Source of the DNA: Elusimicrobiota bacterium
GTDB taxonomy: Bacteria; Elusimicrobiota; Elusimicrobia; UBA1565; UBA9628
Length of the DNA: 64,000 nt
NCBI GenBank assembly: GCA_016218545.1
Contig: JACRDQ010000020.1
Coordinates: forward strand, 34,455 to 98,454
Direction: 5' to 3'
Below the pieces are notes generated by a model. It saw nothing but the letters and a program-made list of their open reading frames with translations, made no database searches and was not told the DNA's origin. This document shows positions 38,901 to 47,884 of this stretch, in pieces (position 1 is the stretch's first letter; each line of letters starts with the position of its first letter). Made by a program: the position numbers and the translations under genes.

Positions 38901-39481
38901 TCGATGGAGAGCTTCCCCCCGGCCCCGGAGGCCTGGACCTCGGGGTTGTAGATCTCGCGCCTGACCTCCTCGTCCGTGAAATCCGGGTGCAGGAGCGTGT
39001 CGAGGCAGGCCTCGAGGAGCCGGTAGAAATCCTCCATCCCGGCCGCGGTGTTGAGCATGTAGCCCGTCAGGTCCGCGTAGGTCCCGGCCGTGTACTCGCC
39101 AAGGCCCATGCTGACCAGCATGTTGAAGCGCTTGCCCTTGGCGCCCTTGCCGAGCACGAGGTGCTCGAGGGCGTGCGGGAGGCCCTTGTCGTCCTCAGCG
39201 AGGGTCTTGAAGGTGATGGAGACCTGGGGGACCGAGGCGAAGAAGAGCAGGTCCGTCTCGAGCCCCGTGGGCCGGTGCAGGAAGCGTCCGCCCATGGCCT
39301 TGCCGAGATGGTTGACGTAGAGGCTGACGCTCGTGAAATCACCGACCCGCCGGCCCTCAGCCAGGCCCTCCAGGGCTCGAGCTCCCTTGGGAGCGGTCCT
39401 GGTCCGGACCGAAGCGGCCCACGCCGGGAGCACGGCGAACGCGCCCAAGACGACCGCGATGAGGAGGAAGAGGGGTTTCAT
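35981..39481 (-). CDS. M16 (insulinase/PreP-like M16C) metallopeptidase with signal peptide
   Basis: Inverted zinc motif GLPHALEH..L.KG, T.Y, and KGTVYNEM. About 1170 aa. Signal peptide ends PAWA. Confidence 0.85.
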   Translation of the reverse strand: MKPLFLLIAVVLGAFAVLPAWAASVRTRTAPKGARALEGLAEGRRVGDFTSVSLYVNHLGKAMGGRFLHRPTGLETDLLFFASVPQVSITFKTLAEDDKGLPHALEHLVLGKGAKGKRFNMLVSMGLGEYTAGTYADLTGYMLNTAAGMEDFYRLLEACLDTLLHPDFTDEEVRREIYNPEVQASGAGGKLSIEEKGTVYNEMVSGMEKTDLAGWFELSRLAFGPGHPLGRNFAGAPDAMRTVNAAEARAFHARHYRLGPGMNAVIALPADEDPFSFLMRFGAILSKTGAGGGGPAVLPPFQPAEEGSMGIGRYPSADAEAPQDVRLAWRPLPSLSAEDSLALGVLLDLLAGGETSYLHKDTVDRRTRKADFGVASVGAYLDDPPSNLPVVGFSGLPADRVEREGLALLARAVHDRVAWLAGLKPGSPELASVAAKAASLISARRRQLLKFMDNPPRFGMRSGGVAWHKYLERLNASSRSFRKSVPQTQAVERLSARIAAGENVWAEAASKAGLLARPYAASLKPDHELLERQKSEKAGRVKALEAAALASSGGRDLQAALAAVKRVSDLAALELEERDKKVEKASFVQDPPLTLDSELAVRQRELPGIGAAVLSRVGDSPFTEMGLFFDLSRVPAEYHLYLPLLADTLTGTGVTTPGGESLDYSAAIERYRREIYELSSDVAANPATGRLELSLTAASSSRAEVAKAVEWMESCLFRGGLGSGSRDRLLDMTRERVQALRTMTQQREEYWVREPAMAYLYQDQPAWMSIRSPFTKLRHLDRLRWMLEDPAPGELGRLRSVLAEVAATASAKGRKEALAVIGGLPPEMAEGLRWDLASLPEETWREDLGGLARTLSADLGVGSGAAIAKLVELRALVLRKGRVRVSLTGGDAAMDEALRRLKAAAQRLAPAGDPGPAEPSQPVVLTRLAGREPSARDGRRPVHVALVNNGTKSGVLVMSAKGPSYRDLGESDLVDFLAANVLAGSAGHSLFMRTWAEGLAYGNGVGASPLNGRLGYYAERCPSLAATMGFAVAVASSAAVDAPFFLEYALANSFGDYRGSEDFATRGYAMAANLADGVSSETVRAFKSGLVAKARRPGTLAEVRRRLAPVLGRVLVGLGPKVADAPGASAFAIGPAPLLDDYEAFLKANGEGERLVRLYPRDFWLP

Positions 39482-39508
39482 GGCTGGGGACGATTATAGG
39501 ACAAAAGC

Positions 39509-40486
39509 CTACGCGAGCGAACCGCGGATCGAGCGGTAGCTGGCGTACCGGGGCAGGCCCGTCAGGCGGCAGGAGGGCTCCCCGTCGTGCCCGCAGCCCC
39601 GCCCGCACTTGGCCGCAGCGGCAGCCAGGTCAGGGAAATGCCCCAGAAGCTCGGACCTCTTCACGCCCACGAGCCCGAAGTTCATGACCCCAGGAGTGTC
39701 GACGAGGCTCGAGCCCTCCGGGCCCGCCAGCAGGACGGCGCCGGACGTGGTGTGCCGGCCCTTCCCGCTCTTCTCGTTGACCGCGCCGGTCCTGCCGTAC
39801 CCGGCGTCTCCCAGGAGCCGGCGCAGCAAGGAGGTCTTCCCCGCCCCGGACTGGCCGCAGAATACCGCGGTCCTGCCCCGCACCAGGGCCAGGAGGCGCT
39901 CCACGCCCAGGCCTTCGAGGGCGCTGGTCTCGACGACCGCGGCCCCGGCGGAAACGTAGTGCGACCAGGGGCGCTCCGCCGCCGGCCCGACCAGGTCGGC
40001 CTTGTTGACGCAGAGGATCCGCTCGATGCCCTGGACCGAGGCCGCGACCAGAAAGCGGTCCACGAGCCCGGGGTTGAACCCGGGCTCGGCCGCGGAGGTC
40101 ACGACCACCATGCAGTCCATGTTGGCGGCCAGGACATGGAACACCGGGTCGCGGGCGTTCGGAGCCGGCCGGATGAGCCGGTTGCGGCGCTCGCAGCGGC
40201 CCACGATGGCCCCGGCTTCCACGCGCACGCGGTCTCCCGCGCAGACCGGGGAGCGCTCGCGCACCGCCGCGCCGAAGACCAGGGTGGACATCCGGTAGCC
40301 GCACAAGCGCGTCCGGGCCTCGCCGTCGGCCCGCACCGCGGCTTGGTTCGGGAAAATCTCGGTCACGATGCCGTTGCCGTCCTCCGGTTTGAGGATCTCA
40401 GCCTTCTTGCGGACGGGCTTCTTGCCGGACTTGCGGCGGGAAGGCTCCTCGTCGAACTGGTCTTCGTCGACGAAGCGGGGACCCAT
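39509..40486 (-). CDS. rsgA: Ribosome small subunit-dependent GTPase A
   Basis: AANMD, DRFLV, NKADL, GQSGAGKTSL, GRHTT, DTPG and zinc motif CGRGCGHDGEPSC. Confidence 0.93.
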   Translation of the reverse strand: MGPRFVDEDQFDEEPSRRKSGKKPVRKKAEILKPEDGNGIVTEIFPNQAAVRADGEARTRLCGYRMSTLVFGAAVRERSPVCAGDRVRVEAGAIVGRCERRNRLIRPAPNARDPVFHVLAANMDCMVVVTSAAEPGFNPGLVDRFLVAASVQGIERILCVNKADLVGPAAERPWSHYVSAGAAVVETSALEGLGVERLLALVRGRTAVFCGQSGAGKTSLLRRLLGDAGYGRTGAVNEKSGKGRHTTSGAVLLAGPEGSSLVDTPGVMNFGLVGVKRSELLGHFPDLAAAAAKCGRGCGHDGEPSCRLTGLPRYASYRSIRGSLA

Positions 40487-40491
40487 CCCCG

Positions 40492-41103
40492 TCAGCCGAG
40501 CTTGAGGCCCACGAGGATGAACTGCACGCCGAGGGCGGCCAGCAGGATCCCCATGAGCCTCTCCATGATGTTCATGAAGGTGGGGCTCAGGCGCTTGGCG
40601 CCCGCGGCCGAGACGTAGAGGATGGCGTAGCTCAACGCCATGACCACGGCCAGGCACGCGAAGAAGACGGCCCCGCGCAGGTGCGTACCTGCCTTCTGGT
40701 GGAGCACCATCGCGGTCGTGATGGCGCCTGGTCCGGAGAGCATCGGGATGCCCAGGGGGGTCACCGCCACGTTGTCCTTGGCCTCTCCTTCGGCCTTCTC
40801 CTCGACCGTCTCCTTGAGCGGGCTGCGCTGGGCGCGCAGCATGTCCAGGGCGGCCAGAAGCAGGATGAGCCCTCCCGCGATCTGGAGCGCGGGCAGGGTG
40901 ATGCCGAAGACCTTGAAAATGATGTTGCCCAGGCCCGCGAACGCGGCCATCACGAACCCGGCCACGAGGCAGGCGGTCCGGGCCATGCGCTGGCGCTCGG
41001 CCGCGGAGTTCTGCGGGGTCATGGCGAGGAACGCGGGGATCGCGCCCAGGGGGTCGACCATGGCGAAGAGAGCGCCGAACGTCAGGACCGCGTATTCCAG
41101 CAT
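40492..41103 (-). CDS. MarC family membrane protein
   Basis: DPLGAIP.F, FGIT..ALQIAGG, PLGIPMLSGPGAI and RLMGILL. Confidence 0.92.
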   Translation of the reverse strand: MLEYAVLTFGALFAMVDPLGAIPAFLAMTPQNSAAERQRMARTACLVAGFVMAAFAGLGNIIFKVFGITLPALQIAGGLILLLAALDMLRAQRSPLKETVEEKAEGEAKDNVAVTPLGIPMLSGPGAITTAMVLHQKAGTHLRGAVFFACLAVVMALSYAILYVSAAGAKRLSPTFMNIMERLMGILLAALGVQFILVGLKLG

Positions 41104-41128
41104 GCGGCCTTATTATACCAACACCAAC

Positions 41129-41198
41129 ACGGTGCCTGGCATTGTATTAATTGTATTTTTCTCCAGAAAAATACAATTAATACAATGCCAGGCACCGT
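41129..41198. repeat. Perfect AT-rich 70-bp palindrome between divergent marC and MFS genes
   Basis: ACGGTGCCTGGCATTGTATTAATTGTATTTTTCT-CC-AGAAAAATACAATTAATACAATGCCAGGCACCGT: 34-bp arms. Confidence 0.92.
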
Positions 41199-41217
41199 TA
41201 TTGTACTATTGACGCGG

Positions 41218-42411
41218 ATGAACGCGAACCCCTACTACGTCCTGGCCGTGCTCTTCCTCGTCAATCTCCTCAACTACATCGACCGCCAGGTTCTCTACGC
41301 CGTGTTCCCCCTCATCAAGCCGGACCTCATGCTCTCCGACACCCAGCTGGGAGCCCTGGCCTCATCCTTCATGGTCGTCTACATGTGCGCGGCGCCCTTC
41401 GCAGGCTGGTTCGGGGACCGCTCGAACAGAAGCCGCTGGCTGGCCGGAGGCGTAGGGATCTGGAGCCTGGCCACGGTCTTCTCCGGGCTGTCCAAGACCT
41501 ACGCCCAGCTCCTGGGAGCGCGCTCCCTGGTCGGCATCGGCGAGGCCTGCTACGGAAGCATCTCCCCCTCCTTCATCGCCGAGCGCTTCAAGCTCGACAC
41601 CCGCGCCCGGGTCCTGGGCTTCTTCTCCATGGCCATCCCGGTGGGCAGCGCCCTGGGGTACGTGCTCGGAGGGCAGCTCGGCGAGCGCTACGGCTGGCGC
41701 ACCGCGTTCTTCATGGTAGGAGTCCCGGGCCTGGCCGCGGCCTTCCTCTGCTCTTTGCTCAAGGACCCCAGGAGCGACGCTGCCGGCCGCAAGCCCGCGC
41801 CGCCGGGCTGGTCCGCCTACGCGGGCCTGCTCAAGAACCGCATCTTCGTGGCCGACACCCTGGCCGGGGCGGCCATGACCTTCGCCGTGGGGGGCCTGGC
41901 GGCGTGGATGCCCTCCTACTTCGTGCGCACCTGGAACGTGTCCGTGGGCCAGGCCGGCCTCTGGTTCGGGGGCGTCACCGTGGCCGCAGGCGCGCTCGGG
42001 AGCCTGACCGGCGGCTGGGTCGGCGACTGGGCGCTCCGCTACACGAAGAAGTCCTATTTCCTCGTCACGGGCGTGGGCTTTTTGGCCTGCATCCCCTTCG
42101 GCGCCGCGACCCTCTGGGCCCCGGACTGCCGCACCGCGCTGCTCTTCCTCTTCTGCGCCGAGTTCCTCATCTTCATGAACAACGGCCCCTTGAACGCGCT
42201 CCTGGTGGACTGCACGCCCGTGGCCATCCGCTCCATGGCCTTCGCCGTGAACATCTTCTTCATCCACGCCCTCGGAGACGCGCTCTCGCCGACCCTCATC
42301 GGCTGGGTGTCCGACAAGACCGACCTCAGGACCGGCATCGCCCTGGCCCTGGGAGCGATGTTCCTGGCCTCCCTCTTCTGCCTGTGGGGGACCCGGTATA
42401 TGGAAGACTAG
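41218..42411 (+). CDS. MFS transporter (spinster-like)
   Basis: NLLNYIDRQ, GWFGDR, RSLVGIGEA, AIPVGSALGY and IHALGDA.SP. About 12 hydrophobic helices. Confidence 0.9.
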   Translation: MNANPYYVLAVLFLVNLLNYIDRQVLYAVFPLIKPDLMLSDTQLGALASSFMVVYMCAAPFAGWFGDRSNRSRWLAGGVGIWSLATVFSGLSKTYAQLLGARSLVGIGEACYGSISPSFIAERFKLDTRARVLGFFSMAIPVGSALGYVLGGQLGERYGWRTAFFMVGVPGLAAAFLCSLLKDPRSDAAGRKPAPPGWSAYAGLLKNRIFVADTLAGAAMTFAVGGLAAWMPSYFVRTWNVSVGQAGLWFGGVTVAAGALGSLTGGWVGDWALRYTKKSYFLVTGVGFLACIPFGAATLWAPDCRTALLFLFCAEFLIFMNNGPLNALLVDCTPVAIRSMAFAVNIFFIHALGDALSPTLIGWVSDKTDLRTGIALALGAMFLASLFCLWGTRYMED

Positions 42412-43799
42412 AAGCCGGTCGCCAGCGCGCCCCAGAGGAAGAGCACGTTGAGGACGAAGAACACCACCTGCATCCAGAACACCCACTTGACCCAGGTCCA
42501 CCAGTCGAGCCTGGCCAGGGCCAGGCAGCCGATGAGGGTGTTGTTGGTAGGCATGAGCTGGTCCGTGAACCCGTTGCCGAACTGGAAGATGAGCACCGTG
42601 GTCTGCCGGGAGATGCCCAGGAGGTCCCCCAACGGCGCCATGATGGGCACGGTGAGCGCTGCCTGGCCCGAGCCCGAGCTCACGAAGATGTTGATGACGT
42701 GCTGGACGCAGAGCATCACCACCACGCTCGCGTAGCGTGAAAGGTCGGCCAAGGGCGCGGACATGGAGTTCAGCAGGGTGTCGATGATCTTCCCCTCGGT
42801 CGCCAGGACCACCATGCCCTGGGAGAAGCCCACCACGATGGCCGCGCCCACGAGGCTGGCCGCGCCCTCCTGGAAGGCCTCGGCCATGTCATTGACCTTC
42901 ATCCTGCAGGCCAAGCCGGTCAAAACGCCCATCGCCATGAAGACCCCGGTGATCTCGGCCATGTACCACTTGAGCTTGACCACTCCCAGCACGATGACCG
43001 CCAGGCTTGCGGCCAGCATGAGCAAGCCCGCGACATGCCCCGCCGTCATGGTCTTCTCGTGCCGGGCCGCCTCGGCCATGTGCTTCCTCGTCTCGTGGTC
43101 GCGCTCGTAGACCGGGCTTGCGGACGGGTCCTTCTTGACCTTGGCGGCGTGGCGCATGACGAACCAGATGGCCAGGCCCGTGAACGCGAACCAGCACAAG
43201 GTGCGGTAGCCGACGCCCGAGAACAGAGGCACACCCGCGATGCCCTGCGCCACCCCGACCGTGAAGGGGTTGAGCATGGCGGCCGAGAACCCGATGGAGG
43301 AGGCCACGAAGGGGATGGCGAAGCCCGTGATCGAGTCGTAGCCGCAGGCGAGCGCGATGGGCACGAAGATGCTGATGAAGGGGATCGTCTCCTCGCTCAT
43401 GCCGAAGACCGCGCCGCAGAGCGAGAAGAAGGTCATGAAGATGGGGATGATCCAGAGCTCCTTGCCGCGGAAGGCCTTCAAGACCTTGAAGATGCCGGCG
43501 TCGATGGTGCCGCTCTTCTGCACGATGCCGAAGACCCCGCCCACGATGATGAGGAAGGCGATGATGGTCGCCCCCTTCTCAAGGCCGCGCAGCGGCGCGG
43601 TCAGAAGGTCCATGAACCCCGCGGCCCGCGCCGCCACCGGGCGGTAGGTCCCCGCGACCACGACCTTGCGCCCTTCCCGCTCGACCGTGTCGAACTCGCC
43701 CGCGGGCACGACGTGGGTGGCCAGGCCGGCCAGGACCAGGAGCCCTGCGATGACGACCAGCACGTGCGGCATCTGCAACCGATCGAGCCACGACTTCAT
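42408..43799 (-). CDS. YfcC / C4-dicarboxylate anaerobic carrier family transporter
   Basis: MPH, VPAGEF, FGMSEETIPF, NPFTVGVAQGIAG.P.FSG, SGSGQAALT.PIMAPL and FQFGNG. Confidence 0.9.
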   Translation of the reverse strand: MKSWLDRLQMPHVLVVIAGLLVLAGLATHVVPAGEFDTVEREGRKVVVAGTYRPVAARAAGFMDLLTAPLRGLEKGATIIAFLIIVGGVFGIVQKSGTIDAGIFKVLKAFRGKELWIIPIFMTFFSLCGAVFGMSEETIPFISIFVPIALACGYDSITGFAIPFVASSIGFSAAMLNPFTVGVAQGIAGVPLFSGVGYRTLCWFAFTGLAIWFVMRHAAKVKKDPSASPVYERDHETRKHMAEAARHEKTMTAGHVAGLLMLAASLAVIVLGVVKLKWYMAEITGVFMAMGVLTGLACRMKVNDMAEAFQEGAASLVGAAIVVGFSQGMVVLATEGKIIDTLLNSMSAPLADLSRYASVVVMLCVQHVINIFVSSGSGQAALTVPIMAPLGDLLGISRQTTVLIFQFGNGFTDQLMPTNNTLIGCLALARLDWWTWVKWVFWMQVVFFVLNVLFLWGALATGF

Positions 43800-43898
43800 C
43801 GCGGAAATCATACCATAGGACCTCGGTCCCAATCAGGCGTGGGCCCAACGGCCCTTCCGCGTAGGTCCAAAGGCTGATACGCTCCAAAAGCGCCAGCC

Positions 43899-45896
43899 AT
43901 GAAGATACCGACGTTGTCCGCAGCCGTGCTCCTGGCCGTGCCCTGGCCGGCGCTGGCCTCGCCCGCCGACCTGGCCTCCTCGAAGGCTTCCCTGTCCGGG
44001 ACCCGGGGGCTCCAGGAAGCGGATGCGGCGCTCCGAGCCCTCTTCGACGGCACCCTGGGAGCACGGGCCCCGGCCCGAGGAGCCTCCACCCGCTCAGCCT
44101 CCTACGAGCGCGTCCGCGAGCTCCGAGAGGTCTTAGGGATCGGCGGCGGGGGCGGCATCCTGCCCTTCACCTTCCGGCCCGCGGGAGGCGGCGCGGTCAC
44201 GGCACAGAACGCGGGCCTGGAGGGCTTCGTCTACGCCGAGGAACGACTCTCCGCGGCCCAGGGACAGGCGAGCCTCCGCCACCACACGACCGATTACGCG
44301 AGGTACCTCGAGGCCCTGCTCTCTCCGGTCTCCTGGGCAGGTCCTGCCAGACAGCGGGTCCGGGACATCATGGCTTCGGACGCAAGGGAGGACGAGAGAT
44401 ACGAGAGGCTCGTGGCCTTCACCCGGGACTATACGGAGGGCCTGCGCAGCCAGCTCGCTTCCTTGGACAAGTCCGGCTGGGTCAAGGAAGCCCGCGTCTA
44501 CGAGATCTTCCCGCGCGCCTTCAACCTCGCCGGCAAGAGGCAGGCCTCGGGCTCGCCTCCCGGGCCTGGCGGGCCCTTCTTCGCGGATCTCCAGTCCTCC
44601 GACCTGGCCGACATCAAGGCCCAGGGCTTCGACACGGTATGGGTGATGGGCATCTTCCCCATCGGAGAGAGGAGCCGCTCAGGCACCGGGGGAGGCTCGC
44701 CCTACTCCATCAAGGACCACGAAGCCGTCCACCCAGACCTCGGGACCGAGGAGGATTTCCGCGGGTTCGTGAGGCGCGCCCATGGCCAGGGCCTGAAGGT
44801 CATCATCGACTTCGTGCCCAACCACACCTCCATGGATTCCAAGCTCCTCATGGCCAGGCCGGACTTCTTCATCCACCGCCGGGGCGCAAGCCAGCCCAGG
44901 GGTTATTTCGACCACGCCGACCCGGCGACCGGGGAGAAGTACTGGATCGCGCACGGGGGCTACGAGTCCTTCGGGAGCATCGATTTCTGGATCGACACCG
45001 CCCAGGTGAACTACGCCTCCGAGGGCCTGCGCGCGGAGATGACGCGCATCGTGCTGGGCTGGGTCCGGCGCTTCGGCGTGGACGGCTTCCGCGTGGACAT
45101 GGCCTACCTTGACCTCAACGCCGCCTTCTCCAGGGCCTGGCGGGTCTCCACCCCTCGGCGCGAGTTCATGGAGCAGCTCATCACGAGCGTCAAGTCCGCC
45201 TACCCCGGCACGGGCTTCATCGCCGAGGCCTACGACGGCTGGGACACGCTCTCCTGGTGCGGCTTCGACCTCATCTACAGCAAGAACAACATGTCCCGGG
45301 CCGGGGAGCACCACGGCTGGTACGACGCGGCGCAGAGCCGCGACCCTGGCTGGATCCGCGAGGCCCTCAAGAGAGCCGAGTTCCTCCAGTGGCAGACCGG
45401 CGGCTCCGCGGGCCTGGACTTCATCGGCAACCACGACGAGGCCTCCCCCCGCCGCTCCTTCGGCGCCTGGGAGCGGGGAGCCGCGGCCCTGACCCTCATG
45501 ATGCCCGGGAGTCTCCTCTTCTACGGCTCCCAGGAGATCGGGTTCGACAAACCCATCCCCTCGGAGCCGAAGTCCCTGCCATTCGGCGTTCCCGTGAGCG
45601 TGGATTGGCGCGGAGGAGATCAGGCCCTGGCCGCCTTCTACCGCGACGCGTTCCGCAAGGCCCAGCGCCTGCGCCAGCGCCTCCCTTCAGCCTCCATGAG
45701 GACCCTGGGCCCAGGCCCTGACCCGGGCTGGGTGGGCTATGCCCTGGTGTCCAAGGGAGCCAGGAAAGCAGGCGCGCTGGTTCTGGCCAATCCCACGGGC
45801 CGCTGGGTGAACTGCCAGGTCAAGGACCCGCGTCTCGGCGTGGACTGGAGCGGGAACCTTGAGCCGGGCGGCTGGACCGTCGTCGAGCTGGAATAG
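43899..45896 (+). CDS. GH13 alpha-amylase family protein with N-terminal leader
   Basis: VYEIFPR, GSPYS, DFVPNH, DGFRVDMA, FIAEAY and NHDE. Signal peptide ends PALA. Confidence 0.92.
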   Translation: MKIPTLSAAVLLAVPWPALASPADLASSKASLSGTRGLQEADAALRALFDGTLGARAPARGASTRSASYERVRELREVLGIGGGGGILPFTFRPAGGGAVTAQNAGLEGFVYAEERLSAAQGQASLRHHTTDYARYLEALLSPVSWAGPARQRVRDIMASDAREDERYERLVAFTRDYTEGLRSQLASLDKSGWVKEARVYEIFPRAFNLAGKRQASGSPPGPGGPFFADLQSSDLADIKAQGFDTVWVMGIFPIGERSRSGTGGGSPYSIKDHEAVHPDLGTEEDFRGFVRRAHGQGLKVIIDFVPNHTSMDSKLLMARPDFFIHRRGASQPRGYFDHADPATGEKYWIAHGGYESFGSIDFWIDTAQVNYASEGLRAEMTRIVLGWVRRFGVDGFRVDMAYLDLNAAFSRAWRVSTPRREFMEQLITSVKSAYPGTGFIAEAYDGWDTLSWCGFDLIYSKNNMSRAGEHHGWYDAAQSRDPGWIREALKRAEFLQWQTGGSAGLDFIGNHDEASPRRSFGAWERGAAALTLMMPGSLLFYGSQEIGFDKPIPSEPKSLPFGVPVSVDWRGGDQALAAFYRDAFRKAQRLRQRLPSASMRTLGPGPDPGWVGYALVSKGARKAGALVLANPTGRWVNCQVKDPRLGVDWSGNLEPGGWTVVELE

Positions 45897-45927
45897 GCCT
45901 GGGCACAACCACCAGGAAGGTGGGAGG

Positions 45928-46971
45928 TCAGAACAAGGGGTGGGACTTGCCGTCGAGCTCGAAGACGGTCTCGCGCAGCCCCCAAGGCCCGGCCTCCACC
46001 CCGAGGAAGTGGGTGGTCTTGCGCTTGGGGTAGCCGGGCGGCAGGGGGTAGAGGGGCGAGCCCCCGCCGGCGGTCAGGACGTAGCGCACGCCGTCGACCT
46101 GGGCGGTCCCCAGGGCGTGGATGTGGCCGAAGTAGACCCTGGCCACCTTGGCCGCGGACACGAGCTTGCGGAACTCGGCGCTGCCCTCGTCGAAGTAGCC
46201 GCTCATGTTGTAGCCCTTCTCGGTCATGGGCGAGACCAGGAGCCCGCGCAGATAGCCGGGGGGCACGTGCGTGAAGACCAGCACCGGGAGCCGGGTCTCG
46301 AGCAGGCCCGCCAGCCAGGAGAGCTGCTCCGGGAGGAGCCTGCGGTCCGCCGAGTCCAGGACGATGAAGCGCCAGCCGTTGTAGTCGAAGGTGTAGTCGG
46401 TCTTCACGAACACGGCCTTGAACAGGTTCTTGTCCGCCTCGCCGTTGGGCTGGGAACGGTCGTGGTTGCCCGGCACGACCAGGAAGGGCAGGCGCACCTC
46501 CGCGTTGAGGAACTCCACGAGCTTGACGTAGTTGCCCTCCACGCCCTTGGACACGATGTCCCCGAGCTGGATCATGAAGTCGGCGTTCTTCCCCTGGATG
46601 CGGCGGATGTGCTTGCGAAAGGCGTCCGAGGGCGCGAAGATGCGCTGCCACGGGAAGCGGCCGGGCTCGGCGTCGCCGATGACGGCGAATTGAAAGCTGG
46701 CCTTGGGCTCGGGATGGGAGGCCAGGAGCTTGGCGATCTGGACGTCATTGCCCCAGACCTTGCCCGCCTCTGCCAAGTCCACCCGAGGCGCGGCCGGGGC
46801 AGGCTTTCCCTGGATGGAGGAGAGCAGTCGCAGGGGCACGCGTTCGAGGATGTCGAATCCCATGGTATCGGCGCCGTCGAAGGGGACCGAGACCCCCGCG
46901 TCGGCGGCGAAAGCGCGGGGGACGCATGCGCACAGGGCCAGGAGGGCGCTGAGCCACAGAAGGCGGCGCAT
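45928..46971 (-). CDS. Calcineurin-like metallophosphoesterase, secreted
   Basis: IGD, LGDIV, PGNHD, FTHVP and GHIH motifs. Signal peptide ends RAFA. Alternative start 46977. Confidence 0.9.
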   Translation of the reverse strand: MRRLLWLSALLALCACVPRAFAADAGVSVPFDGADTMGFDILERVPLRLLSSIQGKPAPAAPRVDLAEAGKVWGNDVQIAKLLASHPEPKASFQFAVIGDAEPGRFPWQRIFAPSDAFRKHIRRIQGKNADFMIQLGDIVSKGVEGNYVKLVEFLNAEVRLPFLVVPGNHDRSQPNGEADKNLFKAVFVKTDYTFDYNGWRFIVLDSADRRLLPEQLSWLAGLLETRLPVLVFTHVPPGYLRGLLVSPMTEKGYNMSGYFDEGSAEFRKLVSAAKVARVYFGHIHALGTAQVDGVRYVLTAGGGSPLYPLPPGYPKRKTTHFLGVEAGPWGLRETVFELDGKSHPLF

Positions 46972-47090
46972 CACCATTATATTATAGCACATGGGACCAT
47001 GGGACCTGCCTGGCCTGGGTCCCTCGCCTGCAGGGGTCCTGGGCCCATGGACACCTGACGCGGAGGCTTCCAGCCGGCATACTCTTAGGG

Positions 47091-47426
47091 ATGACCCGCA
47101 CATGGGCTCTCCTGGCCTCGGCAGGCCTCGCCTGCGCCTCCTTCCTGGCCTTCGCCGCGACCCGCGACAGCGCGCCCAGGGACCAGCCCCAGGTCGTGAC
47201 GGACGGATTCAGCGTGGATCAGCCCCCGGCCGTGATGCGGGACGCCGTGGCATCCGGCGGCCCCCTCATGCTGGGAGCGCGCTTCGTGCCTCCGCCCCCG
47301 GCCCTGTCAGCGGCGTTCGGCCCAGGCATGCCGGCCGGACCCAAACCAGCGGCAGCGGCGGGCCCCAAGAAGCCCGGCCTCATCAAGACCCTCCTGTCCC
47401 GCCTCAGGCGGGCCTGGCGGCGCTGA
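47091..47426 (+). CDS. Small hypothetical secreted protein
   Basis: Signal-like N-terminus, Pro/Ala-rich. CATACT lies 7 nt upstream of the ATG. Confidence 0.5.
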   Translation: MTRTWALLASAGLACASFLAFAATRDSAPRDQPQVVTDGFSVDQPPAVMRDAVASGGPLMLGARFVPPPPALSAAFGPGMPAGPKPAAAAGPKKPGLIKTLLSRLRRAWRR

Positions 47427-47467
47427 TCCCGCTTCCCACCCCCTGGGCCATTTGATATCATGCGGCC

Positions 47468-47872
47468 ATGGGACTCATCTCCATGGCAGCGGTCGAGGAG
47501 CTCACGGACTCCAGGCTCTACGAGCATGAGGCGCGGCTCTTCCGCAGGAAGGTGGTGGACGGCGACCGCGTCGCCGCCATCTTCGAGCGCTTCGCGACGG
47601 AGGAGCGGCTCCACCACGAGATCCTCCGGGGCATGGCGACCATCGACGAGTTGGGCGCGGCGGCGACGAGCAAGCCCCCGTTCTCCGACTCCCTGCGCGA
47701 GTCCCTGAGGACCCACGTGGAGCGCGAGCTGCGCTCGATCCACGCCCTCGAGGAGCTCCTCAAGGACCGCGAGGACCCTCGCCAGCGGATCACGATCAAG
47801 GGCATCAGGGCCGACGAGAAGGAGCACCTGGAGACGGCGCTCCGCTACCTGAAAGCCCTGCAGTCCCGCTAG
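47468..47872 (+). CDS. Ferritin-like / rubrerythrin-type di-iron four-helix protein
   Basis: Paired E...EERLH and E...DEKEH motifs. Confidence 0.8.
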   Translation: MGLISMAAVEELTDSRLYEHEARLFRRKVVDGDRVAAIFERFATEERLHHEILRGMATIDELGAAATSKPPFSDSLRESLRTHVERELRSIHALEELLKDREDPRQRITIKGIRADEKEHLETALRYLKALQSR

Positions 47873-47884
47873 GCCGCGGCTCGC

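Noticed and set aside
43816..43877. Short periodic repeats as a mini-CRISPR
   Set aside because: Units are degenerate, about 15 bp with 7-9-nt gaps, and there are no cas genes. Treated as candidate regulator sites instead.
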